Shown here: positions 44,825-58,839 of the stretch, piece after piece
How positions within the stretch are numbered: position 1 is the first letter of the stretch
How the letters are laid out: every line of letters begins with the position of its first letter
DNA from: the human T2T-CHM13v2.0 reference genome, Homo sapiens
Assembly: GCF_009914755.1 (NCBI RefSeq)
Contig: NC_060947.1
DNA length: 64,000 bases
Direction: 5' to 3' (one strand)
Notes under the pieces: generated by a model
Databases searched by the model: none
The model's input: the letters and a program-made list of their open reading frames with translations, nothing else
Told to the model about the DNA's origin: nothing
Program-made: the position numbers and the translations under genes

Positions 44825-45177
44825 TTATCTTTCCCCAGTCCTCTCTTGCCTCTGGCTCTTAAGACATCTACCATTCTACACTTCCTATGTGAAGAAAATT
44901 CCAGACAACTTTGTCTGTTGGGGGGCCCCAAGACTCTCTGGCTTGCCAGACAGTGGAGGTTTCTGGGGTTGCACCTACTTGCTCTCTCTAACCCTTGACT
45001 TTCTGATCTCAGGCTTTTGTGAGCCTAGGCTTCACCCTGAGAGAGAAGATCTTACCGGTCTGTGGGTAAAACAAATGCTAGCTCTTTCTTCAAAGATGGT
45101 TCTATTAGCAGGGCAGCAACTAGCCAGGCTATAAAAGGGAAGTGGACGGGGGGCGACTTTCCCTCCAAATATCTTTT

Positions 45178-45468
<291 letters not shown>

Positions 45469-45748
45469 TCAAATATCTTTTTAATAAGCACAGCTAGAAA
45501 CTCTCCATGAGTGGAAACTGGTCACAAGAAGCCCCTGCTACTTATGTGCTGAGCGTAGGCAATCCTCTCAGGCGAGGGACGACTACGAAGCCACATTCCC
45601 GGTTTTCTTGGGTCTCTCTCATGGTTACCAAGGAAAACTCGGAGGCCATCAACTCGGCCAAATGACTTACATGCAATCACCAAAGCAAAGTTAATACCAA
45701 GTGTGTTTAAGTCTCAAGTGTCCCTAACACCTATTAAGCACTTTCTAG

Positions 45749-46105
<357 letters not shown>

Positions 46106-46584
46106 TAATCCTCCCAACATCATTAAATATATTGTATCACTACCCTCCATTTCACAGATGGGGGAAGTAAGGTGGCGAGAGTAACTGCCTCAGGTCACAC
46201 AGCTGGTCAAGTTGTAGAGCCAGGTTTTGAACCCAGACAGTCTGGCTCCCCCATACTAACTACGACATAGTCTTCGCTATTTAATCCTGCAAGCTTTAGG
46301 AAATGCCCACTATGCACGAGGCACACTAATAAGGTGCTGGGGGCTGGGAGGAGGGGGATGAACAAGCAGGCAACATGTCTATGAGGGAAAAGTACTCCTA
46401 AGTAACAGTTTAAGATAAAGTTAAACTAATTCAGACCTTTGAAGGGGTTTTGAATTCTTTCCAAGGGTAGGCGTGTTGAATAAATATAATGCTTTTGAAA
46501 ACCTGCCTTCATATATGGGTGTTCATTGTACTGCTCTTTCAAGTTTTCTGTGGGTTTGGGATTTTTTTCAAAATAAAATTTAAA

Positions 46585-46601
46585 ATATATATATATATAT
46601 A

Positions 46602-46667
<66 letters not shown>

Positions 46668-46703
46668 ATATATATACATATATAATATATATATATATAT
46701 ATA

Positions 46704-46755
<52 letters not shown>

Positions 46756-46760
46756 TTTTT
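46585..46760. repeat. Compound (TA)n repeat with about 33-bp higher-order period, then a T run
   Basis: AATATATATAC at 46601, 46634, 46667 and 46703. Follows an L1M-like 3' end (about 46515-46584). Confidence 0.95.
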
Positions 46761-46777
46761 AAGCATCAGCCTTAATA

Positions 46778-47085
<308 letters not shown>

Positions 47086-47403
47086 CTATCTTGGGAAGAG
47101 TAAGCAATAAACTGGGAGCACTGGTTGCCTTCAGAGAGGCAAACTGAGTGACTGAGAAATGCGGGTGGGAGAGGCACCAAACATCCTTTTATAGCCTTAG
47201 AATTTTCTGCCAAGTGCAGGTGTTACCCATAACATCTGCCATGAACTTGATGTCACCTGGGCGGACCCTTTGGAGAGAAAGCACGGAATTCCCAGCTCCC
47301 AAGTCCCATTCAGCAGGTCAGCTGCTGGGAGTATGAGGGAGTCTTTAGTTTCCCAGCTTTATGTGTAAAGTGGGCAGAAACACACCATCAGACCTTTGGC
47401 TTA

Positions 47404-47749
<346 letters not shown>

Positions 47750-49249
47750 CTATGCCTGAGGAGTAATACCAGGGATTGCTCTTTCTCCTGGTTTTAGTGT
47801 AAGCACAATGAAGTTTTCAGCTCCATGGGGCTTATCTCTCTTGGGGAGACTTTATGTTCTCTAAGGAGGGGCCTGGGTCTTGTTAACCGGGGGTTTCCCC
47901 GAGCCACCCCAACAGCCACAAGCACAGTGCAGGACAGACAAGAGAGGCTTGAACGAATGCTAGTTGAATCACTGACTATGCTGTGTTCACCATCCACGAA
48001 GGACCATGTGGTCCAATATCCTTCCTATTCGTATGTGTGGGTAACTCTTGGAGCATGGATGCCACACTTATGACAAGTGAGCAGTGATTCTCAGCACAGA
48101 ATGTGATATTTTTCTGTTGCACAAAGTTAAACAGTGACCGAGTGTCCACAATTGCCCAACATGGCCTGAAGCTGCCAGCCAAGGAATTGGGTCACCCCTG
48201 GTTCACTCTGAGGGGCTGGGGGATCCCCGTCTTGACCCATTGGCAACCCACTCACTCTTGGGAAGCTCTGGGTGAAGGGATTTTGGAAGCCATTCCCTGG
48301 CTCTGGAACTAGCAACCCACAACTAGAAGGGGGAGGGGGTGGTCTGAGAGGGCTGCCAAGGGGCAGCAGGGCTTCCTGGGGCTTGGGCTTGCTCTGGGGT
48401 GTGCCCAGGTTTTTGGGGGGCGACGGGGCCTGAGCAGTGGGCTGAAGAGGGCACGCTGCCAGCTCTGGTTGGCCCAGGGCCAGTAAGTCTGACTGAACTT
48501 GAGCCAGCCCTGTTGGCCCACAGACTCTGGAAGCTGAACTGCTCCAGCGCTCCTTGGCCTCTTTGTTTTCACTTCCCCACAGCTCTCTCTTAGTGTTTAG
48601 GAATGTGCTTTGAAGGTTCCAGCGTGTTTCGCCTCTGCTTAGGGAAACCAAGAGCAGAGGCTGGGCCCAGGCCAGATGGCTTGAGGAAGGGCACCTGTGA
48701 TCACACTGAGAGCGCCCCAAGGGGCAGGTGGAATGCATGGGGCACTTAAGCTAGCCCCCTTCTCTGCTGGGAGACTCCGTGTGCAGTGCTAAACCTTGGA
48801 GATTCTCAGGTTTGTTTTGTTAAGGGAGGCAGTATTCCCTTACCAGCTCCCCCAGAGAGCCTACATTTGTCCAGGAGCTTTTGGGGATAAGCTGTGCTCT
48901 TCTGCTTGTTCAGGGCAAGAGAGAGAGCTGTAGCGTGTGCTTTTCTAGCTAGAAAAGTTGCCTCCTTCGTTGGCATTAGAATAAGTTTCCTGGCCTGCCT
49001 AGGGCAACAAAGTCAGGCCCTCCAAGGAAGGGGAAGTGAAGATGGCCTCTCTCGCACTCCCACCACTGGGAGGACAATCTTACAGGCGCAGGTGCTTAGC
49101 CAGGTAGGGTTTGGCTCAGGGAGGCCATAGAGGGGTCCATTGCTACAGGTTGCCCTCTGGCCTCGATGCCCACCTGTAAACTGCTATCTTCAAGAGTGGA
49201 ACCCAGAGTGGTTGGCTTCCTCCTCCCATTCCCCAGCCCCTTCACCCAC

Positions 49250-49395
49250 TGTCTTTCATGGCCTTTGTCACCAGGCACATATAAAGGGGAGAGTCTTCCC
49301 TGCTCAGTCCTTTGAGGGCTCATAGTGCTGGTAGCCCCCTTTGATGCCAGCATAGTGCTTTGCACACAGCAAGTGCTTAATAAATGCCAAATGAC
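49250..49395 (+). mobile_element. L2 3' end
   Basis: CCCAGCATAGTGCTTTGCACACAGCAAGTGCTTAATAAATG. Confidence 0.7.
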
Positions 49396-50459
49396 TAAAA
49401 TACCAGGCCTCTTCAGTGACCAAGAGCACTCTGGATCTTTCTCTAACCAGCAGTCACTTTCCTCCTCTGGCTGTTTTCTGAAGCTGGGAGCTCTGGGTTC
49501 TGGTCTCTTTTGCCACAAACATGTCACCCTGAGCTAGTGTTTTCACCCTCTCAACTGATTTCCTCCACTGGGTTAAACAGAGCTCAATTAAAGCCCTGGT
49601 GGCTCTTGTATGACATCTGCATACATTCTTGTTTGCCGGCTGTCATTTTAGCTTCAGGTTGGGTCACTTCGATCCTGCCTGGGCCCAGGTGCTAGTAGGG
49701 TCTTTAGCCTTCAGCTGAAGGTTCTCCCCTGCTCCTCCACCATCTGTTTGGCTTTACAACACACACCTAGTCCTTGGACTCTTGACACATCTGTTCCTTT
49801 CTGTCCCCACGGCCATTTATACAGCTCCAGCTCCTGTGCGTGAGGGGGCCGTGGCACATGAGCAATAACTCCGATGCCACAAGGGCACCTGAGTCATTTT
49901 TCTGCAGCCAACACTGTCTGGAGCTACAGCAGACCTCCCTCCTGCTCTGTGGTGACATAGGCCCTGTTCAGGTATGTGTGGGCTATGGATTTTTTTCCCG
50001 ATTTCCATTTCTCCTTGATTTCAGCACCCAAGTGAACATGCACTCCAAGGCTCTGCTGAGGGTAAACAGAAAGCACCATCGCAGGGGTCCTTCCTCCTCT
50101 CTCTCGGAAGATTCACTTTCTCTTCCTAGGTAATGACTGCTTTTTCCTCCCAGCTTCCTCTCAGCCTACGTATATTTAGTGCACGTTGCCCTGGATAGAG
50201 TTTAATTAGGCACCAATGCACCCAGGGGCAAAAACCAAGGACCCCTCTCGGGTTGAGCAAATGGGGCCAGCCTCCCCTGGCTGGTAAATGACGAGCTGAG
50301 CTGCCGGCAGGTAGAGGAGGTTGTCCATTCTCAGCTAATGATCGCCTTAGGCGCCAAGTGATGGAAAATCCAGAAGGACTGGCGAGCTGCAGGGGGCAGC
50401 CAGGGACAATTGTATGGACCAGTTTAACATGGCTTCCGGAGGGATGGCAGCAGGAATGC

Positions 50460-50497
50460 TGTGTGTCTGTGTGTGTGTGTGTGTGTCTGTGTGTGTT
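50460..50497. repeat. Interrupted (TG)n microsatellite
   Basis: Direct reading. Confidence 0.85.
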
Positions 50498-50921
50498 TCC
50501 TGGTCTCCTTTCTCTCCCCTCCCTGCCGCCTTTCCCTCTCTCTTGCTTTCGATTTTCTCTTCTGTTTCTAGCCCACACGAGTTGAAATTAGAAAGGTCTT
50601 TGAATTCATTTATTTGTTTTAATAAAAGCAGCATTTTTAAGCAGCATATTTGTAGCAATTGATTGTTAAACTAAACACCAAGCCAACTAAATGTGTTAGG
50701 GGGAAATGAAAAGTCAGTTTACAAGAAACATAATTAACACGTCCTTTGACTTCTCCTAAGCCTTTGTCTGGCTAGGGACAAGACAGAGGAACCATAATCA
50801 ACTTTAATAAAACGAAAGATGGTATCAAGGCCAAAGGGGAACAAAAAACTTTGGAGTAGGAAACAAAAGCCAAAGAGGGGATTCTTAAGTTATAACAAAT
50901 ATGTTAAAAAACAAATCTTTT

Positions 50922-51241
<320 letters not shown>

Positions 51242-52289
51242 TCATCAGCCATTTTCTCCTTACCAATAGGAAGGCTCCGGTTTGAACTCTACCTGTTCAT
51301 GGGGACAGATGCTGAGACCTGGAGGGGAAGAGGGAAGGTGGTACAAGGAACCTGCAGGAGACACGTGGCAGTATCAGGAGGCTGATAAATCCAGGCTAAT
51401 GGAAATTACTATTGCACAACACCAGAGTCTTCACGTGGCCTGACTTTCAATAAACTGTTCCCCTCCTCACTCCTTGGAGAAAGTGAAATAAGACATTAGA
51501 CTTTCAGTAATCTCATATGGTGATGATCAATCGAAACCTGGAGAAGAAGGCCAATTTATAGAAATTGTATCTGCTTCACTGGGTGGCTGGAACCAGGGAG
51601 CTGAAAAGAAAACGGTGCTCGCCTTTGATGTGTGAAGTTGCCCCAAAATGACAAACGCCAAAAAACACTGGCTATACATGTGGGGTATTCAAAGGGAGAG
51701 GGTACTCAGGAGAGGCCTTTGTTAGGTGGATCATTGCGGGGACCTGACCAAAGACACATGCACATGTTCAGGCCACATAAAAGCGATTTATTTTTCTTAT
51801 CTTTTGGCTATTTTAAGTTGGAGTTTCCATCTTTCTTATTTGTTTTATCACCAATGAAGTTTATTTACTGAATTAACTTTTAACGGACCCTCCACTTTGT
51901 TCTTCAGAGTTGGCTTCCACGACTTGCGCCTGTTTAGCCAGGATTCCTCTTGCCTTTGTGACCGCCCCCCCTCCCCGCCAAATCCCAATCCTGGAGGTGA
52001 ACGGCTCAGTCTCTGTTAACTCCTTGCCTGCTGGTGTTTTTTCTCTGTAGCTACTAATCACCTCCTTTTGATCACTGCCAAGTTCTCAGGTTGAAGGAAG
52101 GAGAAAGGACCTCTTGACCACTCTGGCTGGCTTTCCACATGAGCCTGAAAATGTCGACAAATTTGAAACATCTGCCGAGCTGCTTTGGTCTGATTGCTAA
52201 AATATGCCGACCTCAACCCCCCTCCCCCCGCCCCTTTTAATCTGTTTCATATTCACAAATTAAGCATTTAGTCTGGGTAATAAATCAAG

Positions 52290-55200
52290 GCGGTTTACGA
52301 GGCTCACACGAGACAAACAAGCGAGAAGGGCGCAACACAAGCCCCTGGAAGAGGACTGCACGGAGCTGCCAGGAGTCGGGAGCTCCCAGCGCTCGAACGC
52401 GGAGAGCAGCCTGGCGCGTCCTGACACGCCGCCAGCACCCACACTTTGGCAGGTCCCAGAGCCGGCGGGGCGCAGGCGAACAGCTCCGGACTGGGCCCAC
52501 ACCCCTGGAACCTTCCGCGCGAACCCGCGGCGCCCGGCCCGCCCCAGCTCTGGGCAACTCAGCCCCTCCGCCCCGCTAGGGAGTGGCCGCTGGCAAAGGG
52601 GACAACCTCACCCGACACACACCCTGTGGTGGGCCCATTAAGTCTCTCCCAGCCAAGCCGAGAAGGCTGAATCCCCCTCCCCCACCTCTACCATCCGGCA
52701 GGGCTTGGCCTTAAAGATCCCAGGCCCACACTCACCAGAAAGGCAAAAGAGTCCCCGTTCAGGTCCACGTGTGACCTCCACTAAGCCTGGAGGCTACCCC
52801 CTCCCCGCCCCAAACTCTCCGTGCTGCCTCCTCCCAGGTTTCGGTCCCAGCAGCCACAAAGCTACTTTCAGATTCAGATAGGGGTGGGGGTCTCCTGGAG
52901 AGCGGATCAAGGTTTAAGAGCGGCTGGGGAGGGTAGCAAAGGCACAAACAGGGTCCAGGCCCCCTCTGCAGAAACCCCGGCCCAGGCTTTTGCGACCACC
53001 CAAACTCAGGGGGCTCCAATCTGTGCGTTTCCCGCCCTCCCCTGTGCAGCAGCGAGAAGCGGACCCGGATTAGGGGTCTGGGACCATTCGCAACCCACGA
53101 GCTTGGGAGACCCCGGTGGGGAGGGTGGCTCCGGGGTCACCTCGACCGGGCCTCTGTTGCCCGGCTATGCTCAAGTTCCCTGTCGACTGGCGTTCTCGAT
53201 GCTATCGTGGGACGCGGCGGCGGAGAGGCGGAGGGCGGGAAATCGGGAAGCCTGAACATGCAGCCCACCCCGGACCTAAGGGGAAGCGTAGGAACAATTC
53301 CCCACCCTGCAACACAGTACACGTCGCCCTTCCTCTTCCCCTAGCACACATTCCGACTGCGAAAGCCATTACTGCCGGCGCGCGAGAGACTTTTTAAATA
53401 TTTACAGCCCGCTCTCCGCACGGTAGCCTGATCCATCTCGTGGGCGCGGAGGCGGGGCGCGGGGCTCCGCTCCCGCGGAGGCGCGGAGCCGGGGCTGGGG
53501 AGCCCGGTGCCTCCCCCCACGGCCCTGAGGTCCTCCCTGCGCCCCCACTCTGTTTAACCCCCAGGTGGGGAGAGGACCCCGAGACTGCACACAGCGCGCC
53601 CGGGGCCCTGCCGGGGCCTGAGCGGGCGGGGGACAGTGTCCGGGAGGAGGGAGGGCCGAGAGGCTGATTTAAAGGTTCTCACCGGGAAGCGAGCGAGGCA
53701 CAGACCTGAGAGCCGCCGCGCGGTGAAATCCGAGGAGCTCTCTTGGCGAGGAGGGGCTGTCAGAGGCCATTTATCTCTCGCCAGAGTGGAGGCTCAGCTC
53801 CCACACCGCCCGCGAGTAACAATGGCAGCGATCAGCAGCTCTGCACGCGCTTCAGTGCATGAATGGATTGCGGAAGATGCCTGCGTCCGCTCCGCTCAGG
53901 AGGCTCTAGGAGCGCCCCCTCCCCGCCCGCCGCGCCCGCCCCCGTGGCCTCCCTAGGCCCTGCGGGCGCCTCGGGGTTCGCAAGCTGGGCCCTGCGGCGC
54001 GATCACTCTCACCCAGAACCCCCGCCGCCGTTCCCAGGGCCTTGGCACCTCGCCACCGAGTGTCATTGGGGGCTGAAATTTGACACAAGCCTTCCTGGCC
54101 TCCCCGACGCAGACACCGCTGTCAGCCCCCTCCTTTCTTCGCGCCCCTAGCCCCTGGCGGCAAGTTTACTTTCAAGGAGTTGGACCGTGTTTCCGCCGCA
54201 AAGGCCGGCGGCGTGCGGGCCCGGGAGGAGGGGGCGGGCTCGGAACGTTTCCTTCACCTGCTCGGCCGCCTGGGGTGTTTGTAGGTCCCCGCTGGCCCCC
54301 AGCCCTAGCGTCCATACGCGGCGCTCCCCAGCTTTTGGCGGCTAATCCACCGAGAGTCCCTGCGATCCGCACATGCACGTGCACTCTGGATACCCTCGTC
54401 CCAGCCCACATCAGCGGCAAAATCATGTACCCAAATTCTCTTTCTTGGCGGCTTACAGTCTTGAAAGTTGGGAGAGCGCCACAGACCTCGAAGTCTGCCG
54501 CAGAAATGTTCCCCGTCAACTCTGCAAAGTAGGTCTCATTAAAACAAAACAAAACAAAAAAACCCTCCAGTTTCGGCCTAGGGCTGAGAGAAGCGGGAAA
54601 CGCAAGTGAAGGATACCCCAATCCCTCGAGTTTGTTTTGGTGGAGCTAAACCAGAAACCCGGGGATATTTCTGTTTGGGGGACCGCCAAGCCCGGGATGC
54701 GTCTGCCTAAGGCGAGGTGGGGAGAAGGAGAGCGCAAGAAGTGGACACTCGCAGCGATCCAAAGGCAAAGCCAAGTACCCCGCGGGAAGAGGCCGAGCTG
54801 ACCCAGGTTGCAGGAAGACCGCCACATGTGCGCAAAGACGCACTCGGAGAGGCAGAGCGCGACCCGCCGACCTAGGAGACTGGCGAGGACAGGCGAGAAG
54901 CTGACAGCAAGACAAAGCGGGAGTAGAGAGCCAGGGAGGCTCGGTCGAAGACCCGAAAACGAAGGCAGCAGCAGCCGCCCGAGTCCCGAAGCGGAGGCGT
55001 GCGCAGCCAGGCCCAGCCTGGCATAGCCCCATTCTCACGCCTAAGGACGCGGACACAGACTCTTGGCATGACTTCCTGCCAGAGCTGGTCTCTGTAGGGC
55101 TTGGGCCTACAGTTGGCTGAGGCCTTCCCAGCAGACAGTGGGGTCCCCAGGGGAGGTCTTCAAGAATCCGGGCCCCTCTGGTTTCCGCCCCCTCCTTGAG

Positions 55201-55580
55201 CCCAGGACAAAGGTAGCGGGTTTGAGGAGCTCGGACTGTTCTCAGGGCGTCTACAAGGCCATCAGAGAGCTGGTGCCTCCACTCTCAGGGCCTCGGGCAA
55301 CTTTTTATCTGACTTGGCGGCGCTGGAGGGCTGCCACTTTCCACCGCATTTCCATTTGGCCTTCGCAATTGCAATACCCTGAAGGCACTGCCCACACCCT
55401 AGCCTTCCAGCAATCGGGATTCAAGCTGGACTTCCCATAACCAGCAACAGTGTAACGTGAAGACACTCCTAGACTCAGGTTTCCCTCAACCCTTCTCCCG
55501 CTTGTCCGCACACGGGGCGGATCAACGCCCCCCACCCACGGCCCCACCCCCGCGGGCTCCGCAACCCAGGGCCGCAGCTA
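52290..55580. promoter_or_regulatory. CpG island 3
   Basis: Dense CpG and GC boxes, no Alus. Confidence 0.88.
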
Positions 55581-55929
55581 CCGAGTGTGCTTCTCCTCCC
55601 TCCCGAGGCTGTTGGCTTTAAACACACTTGCTGCACTCACCCCCACCACACACTCAGTCGTTCTCACCCTTCCTTTCTCCCTGCTGGGCCTCCTCCAAAC
55701 CGGATTGCCTAGCCTGAATGCAGAGTCCAGGCAGAGCAGGAAGCCTGAGAGATCAAGCAGAGGTGGCCGAGGAAACAGAAGAGAGGGCCCTTCATGGGGG
55801 AGGAGGCCCATGTCTGAGAAAGAAGGCAGCCAGGAGACACAGCCTGCAGGAGAGAGGGAGTATAAAGGGAAAGCCAGCACTAATCCCTCAGCCTGCCTAC
55901 GTGGGGCCTGACAATTTACAAAAGCCTTT

Positions 55930-56118
55930 TCCCCGAATATTATCTCATGTGCCGCGGCAGCCTCACCACCAGCGCTGTGAGGGAAGTAGGACAGATAGCA
56001 TCACCCCCATTGGCAAAGGAGGGAAATGGGGCCCAGCGGGTTGAGAGAGGTCTGTGCTAAGGTCACAGCGCGAAGAGTGGTGGAAGAGGCCCGAGGCCTG
56101 GGGTTTCCTGCCCCAAAG
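55930..56118 (-). mobile_element. MIR
   Basis: CCCCCATTGGCAAAGGAGGGAAATGGGGCCCAG...CTAAGGTCACA. Confidence 0.6.
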
Positions 56119-58839
56119 TTAACTTTCCTGTTCCATCGTTGTGTATGTGTTTCTGGGTGAGCATCTGCATGGAGGGGAAGGACTGCCGGACAGGAATGCA
56201 CAGTCCAGTTAGGGAAGTCCAGGAAGGAAGAACACAGCCCCACACCTCTTCCTCTGCCCGGGTCTCACACAACAGCCCCTGCTCTTTCCACAACAGCCTG
56301 GAGCCGGCCCCCCACCAGCCTGCCTGGGGGGAGCTGTTAGTGCCTGGCTGTGCCTTCAGTAGTGCGGATTTCAGAGATCTCGTATCCTCTGCTCTGCTCC
56401 GCTCCGCTCAGCTCTCTTCTCAGCCTGTCATCCCCACCCCCAGCCTCGGCTGCAGGATGCCTTGCGTCCAACTGTGGTTTCCGGGCAATAAAACAACTAT
56501 TAAAGTCTCAGGCACGGCTGGTGATTTGCATCACATCCTCTTGTGCATGGATTCAATGTTTAATACACAATATTGAATACGGATATTAAAAATCAATAGC
56601 TGGGGACCCCTGGGGAGGCGGCACAGTGCGATCCTGCTTCGGGAACACAACCAGCTCTTCTAAAAAGACAGGAACGGCAAGTTCAGCCAAGCTGAGCCCA
56701 GCGCCAGGGGAAGTGAGGAGTAGTGGATGCATCTCAGCTTCCTGATATGCTTAACTGCGCCATTCCCAGGTCAAGCTAAAGGGAAGCCAAAGGAATGGTG
56801 TGCCCCTAGGCTCTACTAGCTTTGAGATGGGAGGGTGGGGAGGTACGGTTTGTTTCCAAGCAGGGTACCAGCCAGGTGCGCGGAGTTGCTTTTTTTCCTT
56901 GTTATTTGCACTTAGGTTTGGTTCGAGTCTGAGTCTTACATGCAGGCTCTCAACTCTTCCCACCATGATGGCTCCTTCCTGGGCCTCATGACATCCATCA
57001 CCATAGGCCCCATGGGGAGCTCTTGGCATAAGCTTTCAGAGAGATGGAACAGGAATCCCAATGGCTCCGAATATGCTTTGCACAGTAAAAGAAATGTGAA
57101 TGCATGATACCAGGCTCTGAGCTGCAATCTTCTGAGGCACTCTGAGCCTTCAGAACAGAAATCCTCAGGCCGTGTGACCCGCCTAAAGGCCTGGTGATGG
57201 CTGAGTGGTGACAGAGGAAAGGGGACGAGAAGGAGACTGGGACATCGAAGCATTCCTGCTCCAGAGCCAGAATCCAGATTGTCCGTTAAACAGCCAGGAG
57301 AAGAGCAAGCTCCCAGGATGCATAATTATCTTTTCAGGCCTGAAGAGGAACATGTATTACTCTCTTCTTTATCAAAACATAGAAATATACCTTACCCTAA
57401 ACAGAAACAAGGTTCTCACAGACTGATGGGGTAGGAGTGAAGGAGAATAAACATCTTTGAGAGGATTCAGTTTTTTTCCACTACGGAAAGGGAAGAGAAA
57501 CTGACAGTGGGAAACACACTTAGGTTATCTGATTGGAAAGGCCTGGGGGATTTTAGATGCCAAAAACTGTGTGAACTTGACCTAGTGAAATGTCATCTTA
57601 GACACCAAATTATAATAATAATTTTATGGATTCATTTTTATCATAGTTTAAATCAATAAGGATTGAGTTGGAAATCTTGCTCTAGTTATAAATAGATGGA
57701 GAGAACACCTCAGGAAAACTCCAAAGTAGTAATTTGGGTAAAAGTTAGAAGCGGAGGAAAGAGGTGGAAAATGACAGTTAATGAGCCTGTGGCCTCCACT
57801 CTTTGTTACCTAACAGTTGTCAGAGAACCATCAAAGGGAGGGAACAGGCGCCCTTCTCAGAACCATCACAGGAAAAGCAGACATTCTCTGGCTGCTGCAG
57901 ATCCCCCCGGTGGTGGTTCCTACACCCAGCCTCCTGGGAGTTTGCCTATGTGTATTTATGTGTTTCCGGGCTGGGGAGTGTAGCTACTTTCACAAGATTG
58001 GGCCCTGAGCCTGTGAAACCCACTAGCGAAAGTTCTACCACGAGGAAAAGCCATTCTAAGGCAATGCTGGAGACCAGGAACTGCTCTGCCATCATCAACA
58101 ATATCTTCATGATTCCTGCACTAGCAAACTGCTTCACATCTTCCCACCTCAACCATGGGGCCGAGCTCTGGGCCTCTTACAGATCCATACAGGCGGGACC
58201 TTTTGCAGCTAGCACAGATGTGTGGTTAAGGCATGAGACAGCTGGCCAAGGGGAAAGGAGGCTAAGGCTGGGGATGGCTGGGAAGGACCAAGGCCCAGGA
58301 GGGCCTCCTGGTACAAGCATAGAATTGACCCAGCATGGGGGAGTTGTACCTCCAGAACCCACTAAGGGTGGCACTTCCCCCCTGGACCCACCAGGTACTC
58401 CAAACCAAGAGGAAAAGCATCCTTGTGGCATGTGGGTGGATTAGGCCCAAGGCGCAGGTGAGCTCTGCTGCAGAAGGAACCTACACACCAAGTCCCAAAT
58501 GCCCAAGTGCTGACAGGGATTGGGGCAAGCAGGAGGGAGGGGGGATCTTTCTGCCTCCCATCACCTCACCCTTCTGTAATGTTTTCCTGGAATGAACAGA
58601 AGTCGCCAGCAGAGTTGTTCCTGGAGCCCCTCCCTCCGGGACTGTCACTACCTCCTGGTGTAAGACAGGGAGGACCATGGCCTTCTGCCGGGAGGATCCT
58701 CTGGCTAGTACCCGAGCCTTGGATTCTGGCACGAAGCCTCACAGTTCCGATAAGGCTTTACCTCCCTTCCCACGTCTCGAAGAAAAACACCCCCTGGAAC
58801 TGCTGGGGTGAACTCGGAGCCTGAGGCCAGGGTCAGCGG

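Noticed and set aside
46539-46766. IYIY-rich ORF
   Set aside because: Translation of the (TA)n repeat.
57385-57412. Possible recursive splice site on the minus strand (TTTCTGTTTAG-G-GTAAGG)
   Set aside because: An extra G separates the AG from the GT, so it is not an AG|GT ratchet point.
57803-58444. 213-aa ORF outside CpG islands; also 42132-42515
   Set aside because: Non-ATG starts, no recognisable homology, and no poly-A/TSD signature of a processed pseudogene.
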